Source of the DNA: Schizosaccharomyces osmophilus
Lineage: Eukaryota
DNA length: 64,000 nt
Reading direction: 5' to 3'
Assembly: GCF_027921745.1 (NCBI RefSeq)
Contig: NC_079238.1
Location: forward strand, 682,001 to 746,000
In this document: positions 1 through 10,708 of the stretch, in pieces
How positions within the stretch are numbered: position 1 is the first letter of the stretch
Layout of the letters: each line of letters opens with the position of its first letter
Notes under the pieces: model-generated
Told to the model about the DNA's origin: nothing
What the model saw: the letters and a program-made list of their open reading frames with translations, nothing else
Databases searched by the model: none
Translations under genes and position numbers: made by a program

Positions 1-649
1 ATTGCAAGGACTGGCTGCTCAACCAAAGAATATTAACTTGTCTCCTTCTGAATTGCAAGTGCATGATTCCTTATTGGCTGCTTCCATCGCTATAACTGAA
101 GCGATTGCTAGGTTGATCAAAGCTGCCACTGCATCTCAAGCGGAAATTGTTGCCCAAGGTAAAGGATCTAGCTCTAGAGGAGCATTTTATAAAAAACACA
201 ATCGTTGGACAGAAGGACTTATCTCTGCTGCTAAAGCTGTTGCTCGTGCTACTGTCACTTTGATAGAGACTGCCGATGGTGTTATCAACGGTAAAGCTAG
301 TTTCGAGCATTTAATTGTGGCATCGAATGGTGTAGCAGCAGCTACAGCTCAGTTGGTTGCTGCTTCACGAGTCAAGGCGAACTTTGCATCCAAAACACAG
401 GATCATTTAGAAGAAGCGGCTAAGGCCGTTACAGATGCATGTAAGGCTTTAGTAAGACAAGTCGAGACCATGGCATTGCGTTCGAAGGAAATGGAGCACG
501 AGGATTTCTCTAGTCTCGGTGTTCACGATTATCGCCGTCAAGAGATGGAGCAGCAAGTGCAAATCCTGAAAATAGAAAATGAGCTGGTTGGAGCTCGTCG
601 CCGTCTTTTCGATATGAGAAAAACTTCGTACCATGTCTCTGAGGAGTAA
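1..649 (+). CDS. end4: 3' end of Sla2/End4 (HIP1R-like endocytic adaptor), talin-like I/LWEQ domain; truncated by the window edge
   Basis: Translation contains FYKKHNRWTEGLISAAKAVA and LIVASNGVAAATAQLVAASRVKA, characteristic of the I/LWEQ domain; stop at 647-649. Confidence 0.93.
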   Translation, partial: LQGLAAQPKNINLSPSELQVHDSLLAASIAITEAIARLIKAATASQAEIVAQGKGSSSRGAFYKKHNRWTEGLISAAKAVARATVTLIETADGVINGKASFEHLIVASNGVAAATAQLVAASRVKANFASKTQDHLEEAAKAVTDACKALVRQVETMALRSKEMEHEDFSSLGVHDYRRQEMEQQVQILKIENELVGARRRLFDMRKTSYHVSEE

Positions 650-871
650 CTTATTCATTCTTTTTACGTGTAGTTATGACAGAAAAAATTATTTTTTTCG
701 TATACATATCTTGATTAGATAACTTTAAGCAGACGTGTTGTATTTTTTATTTTAGTTATTATGTAAATATAAATGTTAAATCAATTACTTTGATAGAACT
801 TTGCTTTCAAACGTCGAGGCCCAAAAAATATTAAATGAGACTATACTAGGAAATCTGATTGATGCGAATTC

Positions 872-1354
872 TCACATTTGTTTCTTTCTTTTCTTTAAAT
901 CCGTTGGTTTTTTCTTCTCTTCGTGCTTGCCCTGTGCCTTTTGTGCTTTTAATTTCTCCTTTTGTTTAGCTAAACGATTGTCGTCGTCCTTGTTTTTGCA
1001 TGCTTGTTCAAATAGCTTCCAGGTGAAAATTAGTAGTAAGCTTGTTATAGCAAATATAGCCAAGTCAAACGTGAGTAGGGTCAATTGAGAAAGGACGAAA
1101 GTAATAAACATTTTGATAACTATTTCTTTCGGGTTTACATCACAAGGAATCTCTCTATTGATCGAGAAGGGAGACCATTTTACACGTCCTGGAGGACCCA
1201 TTGAAATATGATATTTCGCTTTTTCTCCTTCTTTTGTTTGATAAACATGAAGCAGATTAATCAAACTACCAACGACGATAATTATGAGCCCGATGAGGTC
1301 TTTTCGAGGATCTGAAAGTGTGGCAGTAAAAGAAGCTGGCTGATAATCTTCCAT
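872..1354 (-). CDS. Small predicted membrane protein (160 aa) with Lys-rich C-terminus; function unknown
   Basis: Intact ATG-to-stop ORF with 2-3 hydrophobic segments. It lies between end4 and scn1, where I recall S. pombe has an uncharacterised gene. Confidence 0.7.
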   Translation of the reverse strand: MEDYQPASFTATLSDPRKDLIGLIIIVVGSLINLLHVYQTKEGEKAKYHISMGPPGRVKWSPFSINREIPCDVNPKEIVIKMFITFVLSQLTLLTFDLAIFAITSLLLIFTWKLFEQACKNKDDDNRLAKQKEKLKAQKAQGKHEEKKKPTDLKKRKKQM

Positions 1355-1663
1355 AACTATTTGTGTTCAAAAAACTTTGTTTTCCTTTTAATTTCCCAAA
1401 AATTTCAAAAAATTCCCTATGACAAGGCAGAATGATGTTGTTGAGTTTTCTACTAAGTTCGACTGACGAAAGATTTACTTATACAAAATCACATAGCCTT
1501 TATACGACTTTAGCCAATTTTTTTTTTTTTTATTCTACAGTTGTTGAAAAGGAGAAGAAAAATAAAAAGAACTATAGTTTAAAAATTTCGAAGAGATTCA
1601 TTCAATTTTTGTTGAAAACATATTTCAATTTACGAAAAAAGTCATTTGGGTTTACTTTCTGAA

Positions 1664-2671
1664 ATGAACTTGAACACGATTCTTGACGCTCATTGCCATC
1701 CAACGGATACTCCAGGAGACCTTCATATCATCCCAGAATTGTCCTTGGGGAAAATAATCATAATGGGCACACGTCCTATGGATCAAGGATATGTTTCAGA
1801 AATAGCAGAAAAGTATCCTGAGAAGGTAATTCCAAGCTTTGGTATCCACCCTTGGTTTTCGTATTTGATATATGACCCTAATGAGTTAACTCAGTCCGAC
1901 GAATCGACCATCAAAGCTGAACATTATAAAAAGATCCTTTCACCGGAACCACCCGGTGACTTTATTCGAGAGTTACCTCAACCTATATCCATTACAACTC
2001 TTTCGGAAATTATTTCCCAGCTTGTCGTAAAACATCCTTCTGCTTTGATTGGCGAAATTGGTTTAGACAAGCCTTTTCGTTTGCCTGTTGGGCCTTATGA
2101 TGCTAGATCGTCTTTGCCGCAAGGGCCGCTCTCGCCTCACTACGTTCGTATGGAGCATCAAATTAAAGTTTTTGAATTTCAGCTAAGATTGGCATCGAAA
2201 TATCAAAGGACCGTCAGTGTTCATTCAGTGCAAACATACACGTATATATACGATGTCTTATCGAAATTATGGGATGGTCACTGGATCCCTTCAAAGTCTC
2301 AACTGAGAAAGTACAAGCCTGGTGAATTCGAATCTATAAGAGAAGGTCGAAAGCAAAACTACCCACCAAGGATCTGCTTTCATAGTTACTCTGGAAGTGG
2401 TCAACAGATTTCCTTGTTTTCTGCTCATAAAGTCCCATCAGAGTTTTACTACTCATTTTCCACTGGCATCAACAGTCGTTATAAAAAAATGGATGAAACA
2501 ATTCGATCTGCTCCCGATGACAAAATATTACCAGAAAGTGATCATCATAGCGCTAGTACTCTCGACAAGCTTGTAGTAGAATCTGTTTCCGCCATTGCAA
2601 AAGCCAAGTCTTGGAGTGAAGAAGACACGATGAGTATACTAAGCAAAAACTGTTCTTCCTTTTTAATGTGA
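1664..2671 (+). CDS. scn1: TatD-family amidohydrolase/DNase, Scn1
   Basis: TatD motifs DAHCHP, FGIHPW, IGEIGLDK, SVHSV, FHSYSG and LPESD; ATG at 1664. Confidence 0.88.
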   Translation: MNLNTILDAHCHPTDTPGDLHIIPELSLGKIIIMGTRPMDQGYVSEIAEKYPEKVIPSFGIHPWFSYLIYDPNELTQSDESTIKAEHYKKILSPEPPGDFIRELPQPISITTLSEIISQLVVKHPSALIGEIGLDKPFRLPVGPYDARSSLPQGPLSPHYVRMEHQIKVFEFQLRLASKYQRTVSVHSVQTYTYIYDVLSKLWDGHWIPSKSQLRKYKPGEFESIREGRKQNYPPRICFHSYSGSGQQISLFSAHKVPSEFYYSFSTGINSRYKKMDETIRSAPDDKILPESDHHSASTLDKLVVESVSAIAKAKSWSEEDTMSILSKNCSSFLM

Positions 2672-3000
2672 GAAAAAAAATTTTGATGATTTAAAGAATC
2701 TACCCTTCACGAACGCGTTTATGACTAAATTTTGGAATTAGAAACAAATTTAATTCATAGAAGATATCCTAGTACTACAGAGACTATTGGAGCCTGTGAG
2801 TTTATATAAGAGTCCTTTAAATCCAAACAACCTAACAATTTTGCAAAGACAGGAATGTTTATCAAAATAGTGAAGGATTGAATTTCGTAGTGGTAACAAA
2901 TGCTACCTTGTAGTGCCTTTTTCATGAACCCAAGTCTACCAAATGTAACAGCCGCCTGGAAATGCAGTGGTACTTAAAAAACTTATATTTTGGGATTCAT

Positions 3001-4528
3001 ATGTTAAAATGGGCTGTAGAGAAAAATGGGTATACTATTTCTGAAAAGCTAGAATTAAAGGACCTACAATCCGTGCATCCATCTCTTGGAATCGGGTTTG
3101 TCGCTGCTCAAGATATTAAAGTAAGGAACTCTGTGCAAGTATATCTTTCGAGTGAAAGCTAATCCATTGCAGGAAGATGAAGAACTCGTTACTTTCTCTA
3201 AAAAGAATGTCCTTTGTTTGTCGAATTCAGAATTGACAAAGATTCCCGAAGTGATAGATTTGCCCGGTTGGGCAGCTCTTTTGTTGACAATGGCCTACGA
3301 AAATAGCAAGCCAGATAGTTTTTGGAGACCTTATTTGGATGTCTTTCCAAGTAGAGACCGGATCACGTCTCCGTTCTTTTGGGAAGAAGTAAAGAAAAAA
3401 GAGTTGTTAAGTGGTACGGTACTTGAATCTAATCAAGATTATAAAGAGATTGATAATCTTTGGAAGCATTCTATAGAGCCGATTAAACAGCAATACCCGG
3501 ATTTATTTTCAAATGTCAATTTTGAAGAATATGCTCGTATGGCAGCTGTCATGCTTGCCTATAGCTTTGATACAAAAAAACCAGTTCGTAAGGAGGAGAA
3601 AGATGAATCAAAAAAAATTTCAGGTGAAGCATCCACTAGTAAAGAAGTTGAAGATGCAAAAGGCGTTTCCTCCCTTGAGCAAAGGGAAGACGGTGTGCCT
3701 AAAAAAAAAGAAGAAGAGGAAGAAGAAGAAGATTCTGAAGCAGAGGATAGTGATGTGGAGTCAGAATACGATCCTGAGGAATTTGAAAAATCAATGTGCC
3801 CCGTTGCAGATATGTTTAACGGTGATGATGAATTATGCAATGTAAGGAAATTCATGCCGAAGACAAATAGAATACTAATCATTCAGATTCGTCTTTACGA
3901 TTTGGAAGATCGGTTGACCATGATTGCTTGCCGCGACATTAAAGCAGGAGAGCAAGTGTGGAATACGTACGGAGAAATTGACAATTCAGAGCTGTTTCGA
4001 AAATACGGATTTACAAAACCAAAAGGAACCCCTTACGACTTTGTGTTGATCAAAGGTGAGGACTGGTTGTCGGAATATTTTAAGAAGATTGGACAAGAGG
4101 AAGTGGAAGAGAGACTAGAGTTGCTTTTATACAAGGAAATACTTTCTAATCCTGAGGGGTACGTACTAACAATTTTATTTTGTTTACAAAGCTAACGTCC
4201 GTAAAGGGATGTCACTTTCTCCGAAGGTGATTTAGACTTTACAGGCATTTGTTTGTCTTTTGTGATAATGGAGAAAAAAGGAAAGGTTTCTCATATCCCT
4301 AAAAAGTCAGAAATTCAGCCAAAACATTATCGAAAATTGCTGAAGATTATAGAAAATCATTTGCGAATGTATCCTGAGCTTCAAGAACCGAAAACTCTAG
4401 ATGAAGAGAATGCAATGGTTTTGGTAAATAAAGAGAAAGATATACTTCAAAGCCTTTACAACAACGTAAAAGATAACTTGGCTCAGAAGGCACCAAGCAA
4501 GCGTCGAAAAACCGAAGAAGAGGACTGA
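3001..4528 (+). CDS. set13: SET-domain ribosomal lysine methyltransferase (SETD6/Rkm4-like), 4 exons; start codon uncertain (2962 or 3001)
   Basis: Motifs GIGFVAAQDI, SFWRPYL, MCPVADMFN and GEQVWNTYG..N.EL.RKYGF. Introns 3121-3172, 3842-3886 and 4159-4206 (GT..CTAAY..AG) give a continuous frame. Confidence 0.85.
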
Positions 4529-5437
4529 CTGCATGATGCATAATGTCATGACAAGCACCTAAAACATAGCGAAGGCAAAAAGGGAGAATCTTACAATAAA
4601 AAAAAAGCTTTCTTTCTTCCAACGTACCTGAACAATCAACAAAGTCTGATGGCACTTTGATCGAGTCTGTTTTCACGTTTCGTATCGTGTTTTTGTAAGG
4701 AACCCAAAAAAGAGTGGATAAATATAGGAGAAATTTTTGATATAAGGATGTAAAATAATATGAAGAAGAGCAAGGTCACAGCACAGCTAACAAGAGCGAC
4801 AATTATGAGCATCTGGAGTATGAAATCGAATTTGAATGGAAAGAAGATATAGTAAGCATAAAAACTGAAAGTAAACTAGATGAAAGAGCTGGCATATGTG
4901 GATTAAGACCAATTCCAGTACGTTGGGAAGCAGGAAACAAAGATTGAAAGAACGAGAAAGAACGAAAGGAAAACAAATTCAAATGAATATGGTCAAAAAG
5001 TATACATACTGGAATCAAGTGTATTGGCTGGCTGTATGAATGATCCATCCATTTTTTTGGGTTTTTTGGCGACCATTTTCATGTGCGGGAGCTAGACGAA
5101 ATGAAGATGAGAAATTGAAAAGAGCTAGCAGGTTTCCTTAAACGTCATGAAAAATAATCATTCAATATTTAATTATACAGATTAATAAGCAATCCTTTAG
5201 CCTCTTCTTTTTTCCGGTTATTATGGGTCTTGGCTTTCATACTTCTCTTATGGCCATACAAAGGAATTCATATGATTCATGAAACTTGTTTCTCCATACG
5301 CAAAATTATCGACCATCATTCCTGATTCTTACCAGTCAGAGAGACTTTTTCATTTGTTATTGTTCACGTGTGTCTAATTAGCTGAATAAATGCTTCGCTG
5401 ATAGTTTTTTTTCCTTCCTTTCTCAAAGATTCGGTGG

Positions 5438-5494
5438 TTATCTGATCTACTGATCTGCTTGCCATAAAAGATCAACTTTATCATTTTATCTGAT
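5438..5494. promoter_or_regulatory. Two TTATCTGAT (= ATCAGATAA) extended GATA elements, Fep1-type
   Basis: Exact TTATCTGAT at 5438-5446 and 5486-5494, plus another TTATC at 5478-5482. They match the ATC(A/T)GATAA element bound by S. pombe Fep1. Confidence 0.45.
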
Positions 5495-6364
5495 CAAATT
5501 TGTGTGTTGTCAATTATTGAAGAAAAATGTCGACTCAAACGTTACCTGGAACATCTAGATGCTGTATGGAGAATTTTATTTATTTATTTGCCCGATATAT
5601 ACTCCATTGCTGTCAAGAATATTCTTTGTAAATACATATCATTTCGAGTCTTTTGCAATGATTTATATAATCCTTTGAAATAACATTCTCAATGAACCTA
5701 ACACACGTTTAAAAAAAATGTCGCAAAGGTTCAGGATATATGTTTTCGTGACGGATGATTTTATTAACTTCTAAGCAGACGGATAATACGTATTAATTGT
5801 GGTACTTTTCTAGGCATTTTCTAGTTTAAGATAGGTTACTTCGACTTGAGCAAAGCTACTGGGTTTACGAATGAAGGTATAAAGAGAACGAACACCTACA
5901 TGCACCGTTTTCAAACTTGGTTATTTCAGATCAGACAGTCGCACCAGGCGTGGTAAATAAAGCGACGAATTGATTAGAATCCGCTAAATTCTTACTTTAT
6001 AGTAAGTTAACTTGGTACACATATATTTTGATTTTCCCTTTTCCAGTTATTATGTCTCTTATAGATTGGTCTTAGAATGTCCATGGGGTTCAATCTGCTA
6101 GTGGAGATCCTCAAAAATATACAGTGCAAAGTGATTCATCGCGAAATGCGGTAGTTCCTGGATCTCCTTCAGACTTAAGTGGTAGGAGATCGACTCAATC
6201 AAAGCAAAGATAGGACTTTGTAATCCAAGATGCTGGTTACAATTAGTGAAACGTCGGAAATATAGTTTCAAAAGTTTCCGATACGGGAGCTTATTCGCAT
6301 ACAGGCGAAGAAGCAGACGATAATGTTAAAGGTATCGTCCTTAATTATATTCTTTTTTTTATAA

Positions 6365-7010
6365 AAGCTTTTATTTATGGAACCCATCATCTTCTTGATC
6401 ACACTCTATTCTTCCTTCGTATATACTATATAGTATTTACTTTTGGAAGCTCATCGAATTTTTTTTTTTTGCTGAAAAAAGCAATTTATTTATAGGTGCT
6501 GCTGAATTTGCATATATCGGTTTGTTCATAGGTGTTTTTGTCGGCGGCATCAACGTTGCATTCGAACCTTGGTACTTTCAATGGATGTTGAAGCTTGGTG
6601 GAAAACCGTATCCAGAGGGTCGACTACCATCCTTGATTATTGACGCTTTCATCTTCCCTGCCGGTAATTTTTGAAGGCATGGTCAGGCAACTATGCAAAC
6701 GTCCAGTGGATTCTTTCTACTCTGTCTGGGTTGGTTACCAGATGCGGCATTTAGTTAATTTTCCTGAATTGTCTGAATTACCTAATTGGCACTTACTTGT
6801 TCCGTGCAGCCTCTGCGATGCTGCGAGTACAATGATGGTTAGTTCATTTGCTGCAGGATTTCCTCTCTTCGCTGTCCAAATAGTTCATAACGTGGGTGTT
6901 GGCTGGGCTAGATCTCTTGGAAATCGCTATCTCGTTGATTCCTGTTCTCATCCTCTTTAACTTCTTGGGTGAAAAGATCCGTTCTTGGAGCAATGATTTT
7001 CATACTCTAA
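6365..7010 (+). pseudogene. Degenerate DHA1 (Tpo1/spermidine-exporter-like) MFS transporter pseudogene, C-terminal half
   Basis: Stitched translation: KLLFMEPIIFLITLYSSFVYTI*YLLLEAH / IGAAEFAYIGLFIGVFVGG...GGKPYPEGRLPSLIIDAFIFPAG / AWSGNYANVQWILSTLSG...GI*LIFLNCLNYLIGTYLFRAASAM / AASTMMVSSFAAGFPLFAVQIVHNVGVGWARSLG / IAISLIPVLILFNFLGEKIRSWS. These are DHA1 motifs (EPI, PE.RLP, NYL.D.Y..AASA.AA, FPLF, G+GWA) broken by stops and at least 3 frameshifts. Confidence 0.9.
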
Positions 7011-7343
7011 GCATAAAAATACAATTGATAAAATCGTTTGTGAGAAGCAACTTGACATGCTTGTTTGCTTGCGTGCATAATTATCGTTTTGGCCAATTTT
7101 CTCTTACTCAAATATATATATATATATACATAGAATGAATTCATTATTATTCAAAGCATCGACGGTTCTCAGACATTTCCTGGTACTTTTTTAAAAGGGA
7201 ACTAACCCTCCTCTATTGGCTTCCAAGTTCCAAGGATGAACTGACGGTTTTTTAGTGACTTCAGCGACTCTCAACAAACATTACCGGTAGCCTCATTTTA
7301 CCCAAAAAAAGAGTGTTTTTCTATTGTTGAGCCTTTTTAGAAA

Positions 7344-7731
7344 ATGTCTTTCCAAATTCACATCCCTACAAGTACAATCGGACGCCTATTTCCGTTGTTG
7401 ATCGTTTTGCAAATGTACGTTGTGTTTGTGGAACCCTTTTATCACGGAACACGTTTTGAAGAGCTGTAAGTCGACTGAAATGTTTTCAGCATTGAAAAGT
7501 TAACAAGTCGGTAGTCGTCAACTCTTGGGACCTAAATTTTTGTATGGTTCCGTGTATTTTCTGGTTATCGTACATAGCTTAGAGGCTTTCCTTGCCTTGA
7601 GAGCATGCTTTGCGAAAAAATTTAATTGGGCAACAACGCTAGGTTGGTTCGTTTCGGTTTTTATTTATGGTGCACCAACACTGATGATACTGAAATCCAC
7701 TTCTGGAAAGAGCAAGAATCATGTTCAATAG
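7344..7731 (+). CDS. Small TMEM254-like membrane protein, 2 exons
   Basis: ATG at 7344; intron 7466-7514 (GTAAGT..TTAAC..TAG) joins in frame to LGPKFLYGSVYFLVIVHSLEAFLAL...WFVSVFIYG. The H..EA and W....F..G pattern fits TMEM254/DUF4499. Confidence 0.75.
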
Positions 7732-8673
7732 AAAGGAAAGGAAAAGGATGTTTTGTGTTTACAATGTAAATTACGGAGGGAAGAAGCGTTCTACCCTTCG
7801 TGATTCTTGTTTTTCTTTGGTAATTCTGATATTCCTTTTCTATCGAATTAAGCGAAAGGTAAACGTTCGCTTCTACATACTCAGAACCAACAGCTAAAAT
7901 AGATTTCATGTAAAAATAACAAAGAAACAAGAAGCAAAGACAGTTTGGCTTGTCATGAGAGATCACTGTCCAACCCGTACCGGTACTAGTACCTGGACCT
8001 TTTTTACTAACTTAAGTGTATAAGGCAAAAAGATGAATGCACGACGAGGTAATAACCAGAAAGTGGAATTACTTACTCTCGAAGAGCTGGAAGAGTTCGG
8101 GAAATGAAAAAAAAAAGAAAAAATCATCACAATTCCACGACTAATTCCATGACTAGCAATAATGGCAACTTTGTAGAGATGATAGTGTAATAGGCTGTAA
8201 GAATGGAGTACCAGGACCAGATAATTCCATTCTAATAGTAACGCAAGTGTAACCCATTCCAAAAAGGTAAAAAACCATTATAGCAAACAAAAAACGAGCC
8301 CAACCTGATAGAACAAAACAATACGTTGAGCAAAAATCACATTTAGCAAATCGTTTAAACCAAAAAAAAAAATAAAATAAAAGATGAATCAAGTATAAAA
8401 AAGTAAATTCTTAGAAAAGTCCCTTAGGGTGGAAAATCAAGGAAATGGGAAAAAGAGAAGAATTCAGAGAGCAATTAAGTAATTAAATTATTGCTATTGT
8501 GTATAATTAGTTAGGCTTGAAATCGAGAAATCTATGACGAAGGAGTGTGTTTATCCCAGCTTTCATCACCTACATCGAGCTTCCTTCTGCCTATAACTCG
8601 AATTCCCACTGTGGGATTATCAGATTCCCATTCGTCTGTAGAATAGAAAAAAAGATCATTTCCTTCATACATT

Positions 8674-9263
8674 ATGGCTGTTTACGCGTTTTACATCTTT
8701 AGCAGAAAAAGTATGCAGGATCGAAGCTGCTTTGAGACAGAAACTAACGTGTCTTAGATGAGTGTGTTTTTGCACATCGCTGGAAACCAGCAGATTCAAA
8801 TTCCATGGAGACATTGGTGTCTCAACTGGAGTCTACGGCCTTTGAAGACGATGTCGAGAAGCTGATGTTCGGCGTGACTTTCTCTCTTCGAAATTTGGTA
8901 CGCAAAGTCTCTAATGGTGCAGACGAGTTTCTATCGTACAGCACGAATCAGTACAAGCTTCATTTTTACGAGACTCCAACAAATTTACGTTTGGTTCTTT
9001 TCACAAGTCCAAAAGTCGAGCCTTTGACCCATGTTTTGCACCAAATCTACGCGACTCTTTACATTGAATTCGTCGTAAAGCACCCTCTCTATACCCAGGT
9101 GCCTCCTCCCTTGGAGAAAGGTGGAATAAATTGCGAGATGTTTCGCATTACCTTGGATCGATTTGTGCGCACGCTAAGGTATGTTATGCTGTATTAACGA
9201 TTTTGGATTTGCTTTGGTATTTTTGTTTTCCGAAGCTAACTTTTTGTCGTTAGTTGCTTCTAA
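8674..9263 (+). CDS. bet5: TRAPP complex subunit Bet5 (TRAPPC1), 3 exons
   Basis: MAVYAFYIFSRK, KLMFGVTFSLRNLVRK and YKLHFYETPTNLRLVL; introns 8711-8757 and 9179-9253. Confidence 0.92.
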
Positions 9264-9401
9264 CGTTTATGACCATAATACTGTATACCCTGTTGAATTT
9301 CATTATACGTGATTGTTACCTAAATTGGGAGAAGAATAACCATGTCTGTTGAATTTTCTCTTCCTCTACCAAAACAGGATTGACACTGTAGCAGACATAG
9401 A

Positions 9402-10159
9402 ATGAGTCAGGTTCAGCATTCGCTTGATCTTTCTGCAGTATCAAGGCTGTTACAGTCTGCAAAAACCAGTTTGCAAGACAAACAAGCAAACCAAACAAAC
9501 GAAGTACCAAAACAAGCTTGGGTGCCCAAGTATGTAGTAAACTATGATTCTTTTCTCTTTTTCTTTTTTGACTAACATTTTCTTTTTCTTCTAGAATTCC
9601 TCATTTGCTTGGCTCTGCTTCTAACTTGCCTTCATATTTCCAGCAAAAAAATGTCCCAAGCGTAAAGAAGGAAGAATTGGTTTCGAATGCACCTTCCTAC
9701 CTCGATGATGATTCTTCCATGGAAGAACCAACTACCTTGAACCCCCATGTTCCTGCTCCTGGAATTTCCAAAAAGAAAAAGCCTGCAAAGGACACGGCTG
9801 GAGGAGACTGGTTTGACATGCCCGCAACCGAATTAACTGATTCCGTTAAGCGTGACATTCAACTTTTGAAGATGCGAAACGTTTTAGATCCAAAGCGCCA
9901 TTATAGAAGAGAAAATGCAAAGCAAATGCCAAAGTACTTCCAAACGGGCACAGTCATTGAGGGTCCTCAAGATTACTTTTCCGGTCGTATTACAAACCGT
10001 GAACGACAATCAACGATCACTGATGAACTTGTACATAGTACCGAACGTCGTGATTACTTTAAGAAAAAGTACCTCGAGATTCAAAAATCAAAGATGAGTG
10101 GCCGCAAAGGACAATACAAGAAACTCAAAGAAAGGAGGAAGCCTTCTTATTTAAAATAA
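9402..10159 (+). CDS. fcf2: rRNA processing protein Fcf2, 2 exons
   Basis: Fcf2 domain DTAGGDWFDMP..DIQLLKMRNVLDPKRHY..PKYFQTGTVIE; intron 9530-9594 keeps the frame. Confidence 0.9.
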
Positions 10160-10708
10160 TTACGAAATTTCCCTTCCTGGTTCTTTAATTGCTTTTGGTA
10201 ATGTAAATGCTATGCATGATGCATATATATTGGGTTTTATAGCTGGTTTATTATTTTTGGCATTCGGCTCTTGTTAATAATTGAATTTTTAAATTTAGAA
10301 AGGATGTGCTAATAGAAATTGAAAAAATACTACTTCTCTCTACCTGCCTTTACTTTCGTTTCCTACTTAGCAAAACGATTAGTTGTCAAACGTAGATGCA
10401 TTGGAATTTCCAGACCCCAAAAAATATATTCTATTACAAAAGCTGTAACAAAATGAAAATGAATGAAATTAGATAACCAAAAAAGGATATGATAGATGAT
10501 ATCGAAGAACCGAAGAAAAAAACAATAAAAGAGCTAATGAAACTTTGCCGTGTATCCTATACTCATTCCCCAAGTAGAGATTGCATTTCCAGATATGGCG
10601 AAACAAGAACAAAAGAATATTCATAAACACGTGTCTTGAAAAGATGAACGACAATTAAAACAAAACCAGAAATAATAATAAAAAAACGAACAACTTCTTT
10701 ACTATACA

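Noticed and set aside
6640..7138. ORF-track proteins of 106 and 80 aa
   Set aside because: Chimeric reading-frame fragments of the frameshifted MFS pseudogene, not independent genes.
8250..8295. AAACCAT..ACA resembling the snR30/U17 m2 motif; also considered telomerase RNA and RNase MRP (AAAGTCCC near 8415)
   Set aside because: No m1 motif (ATATTCCTA), no telomere template and no matching MRP P4 partner found; short matches only.
7661..8392. Hydrophobic minus-strand ORFs (79-101 aa)
   Set aside because: Non-ATG starts and Phe/Leu richness explained by T-rich sequence; no homology recognised.
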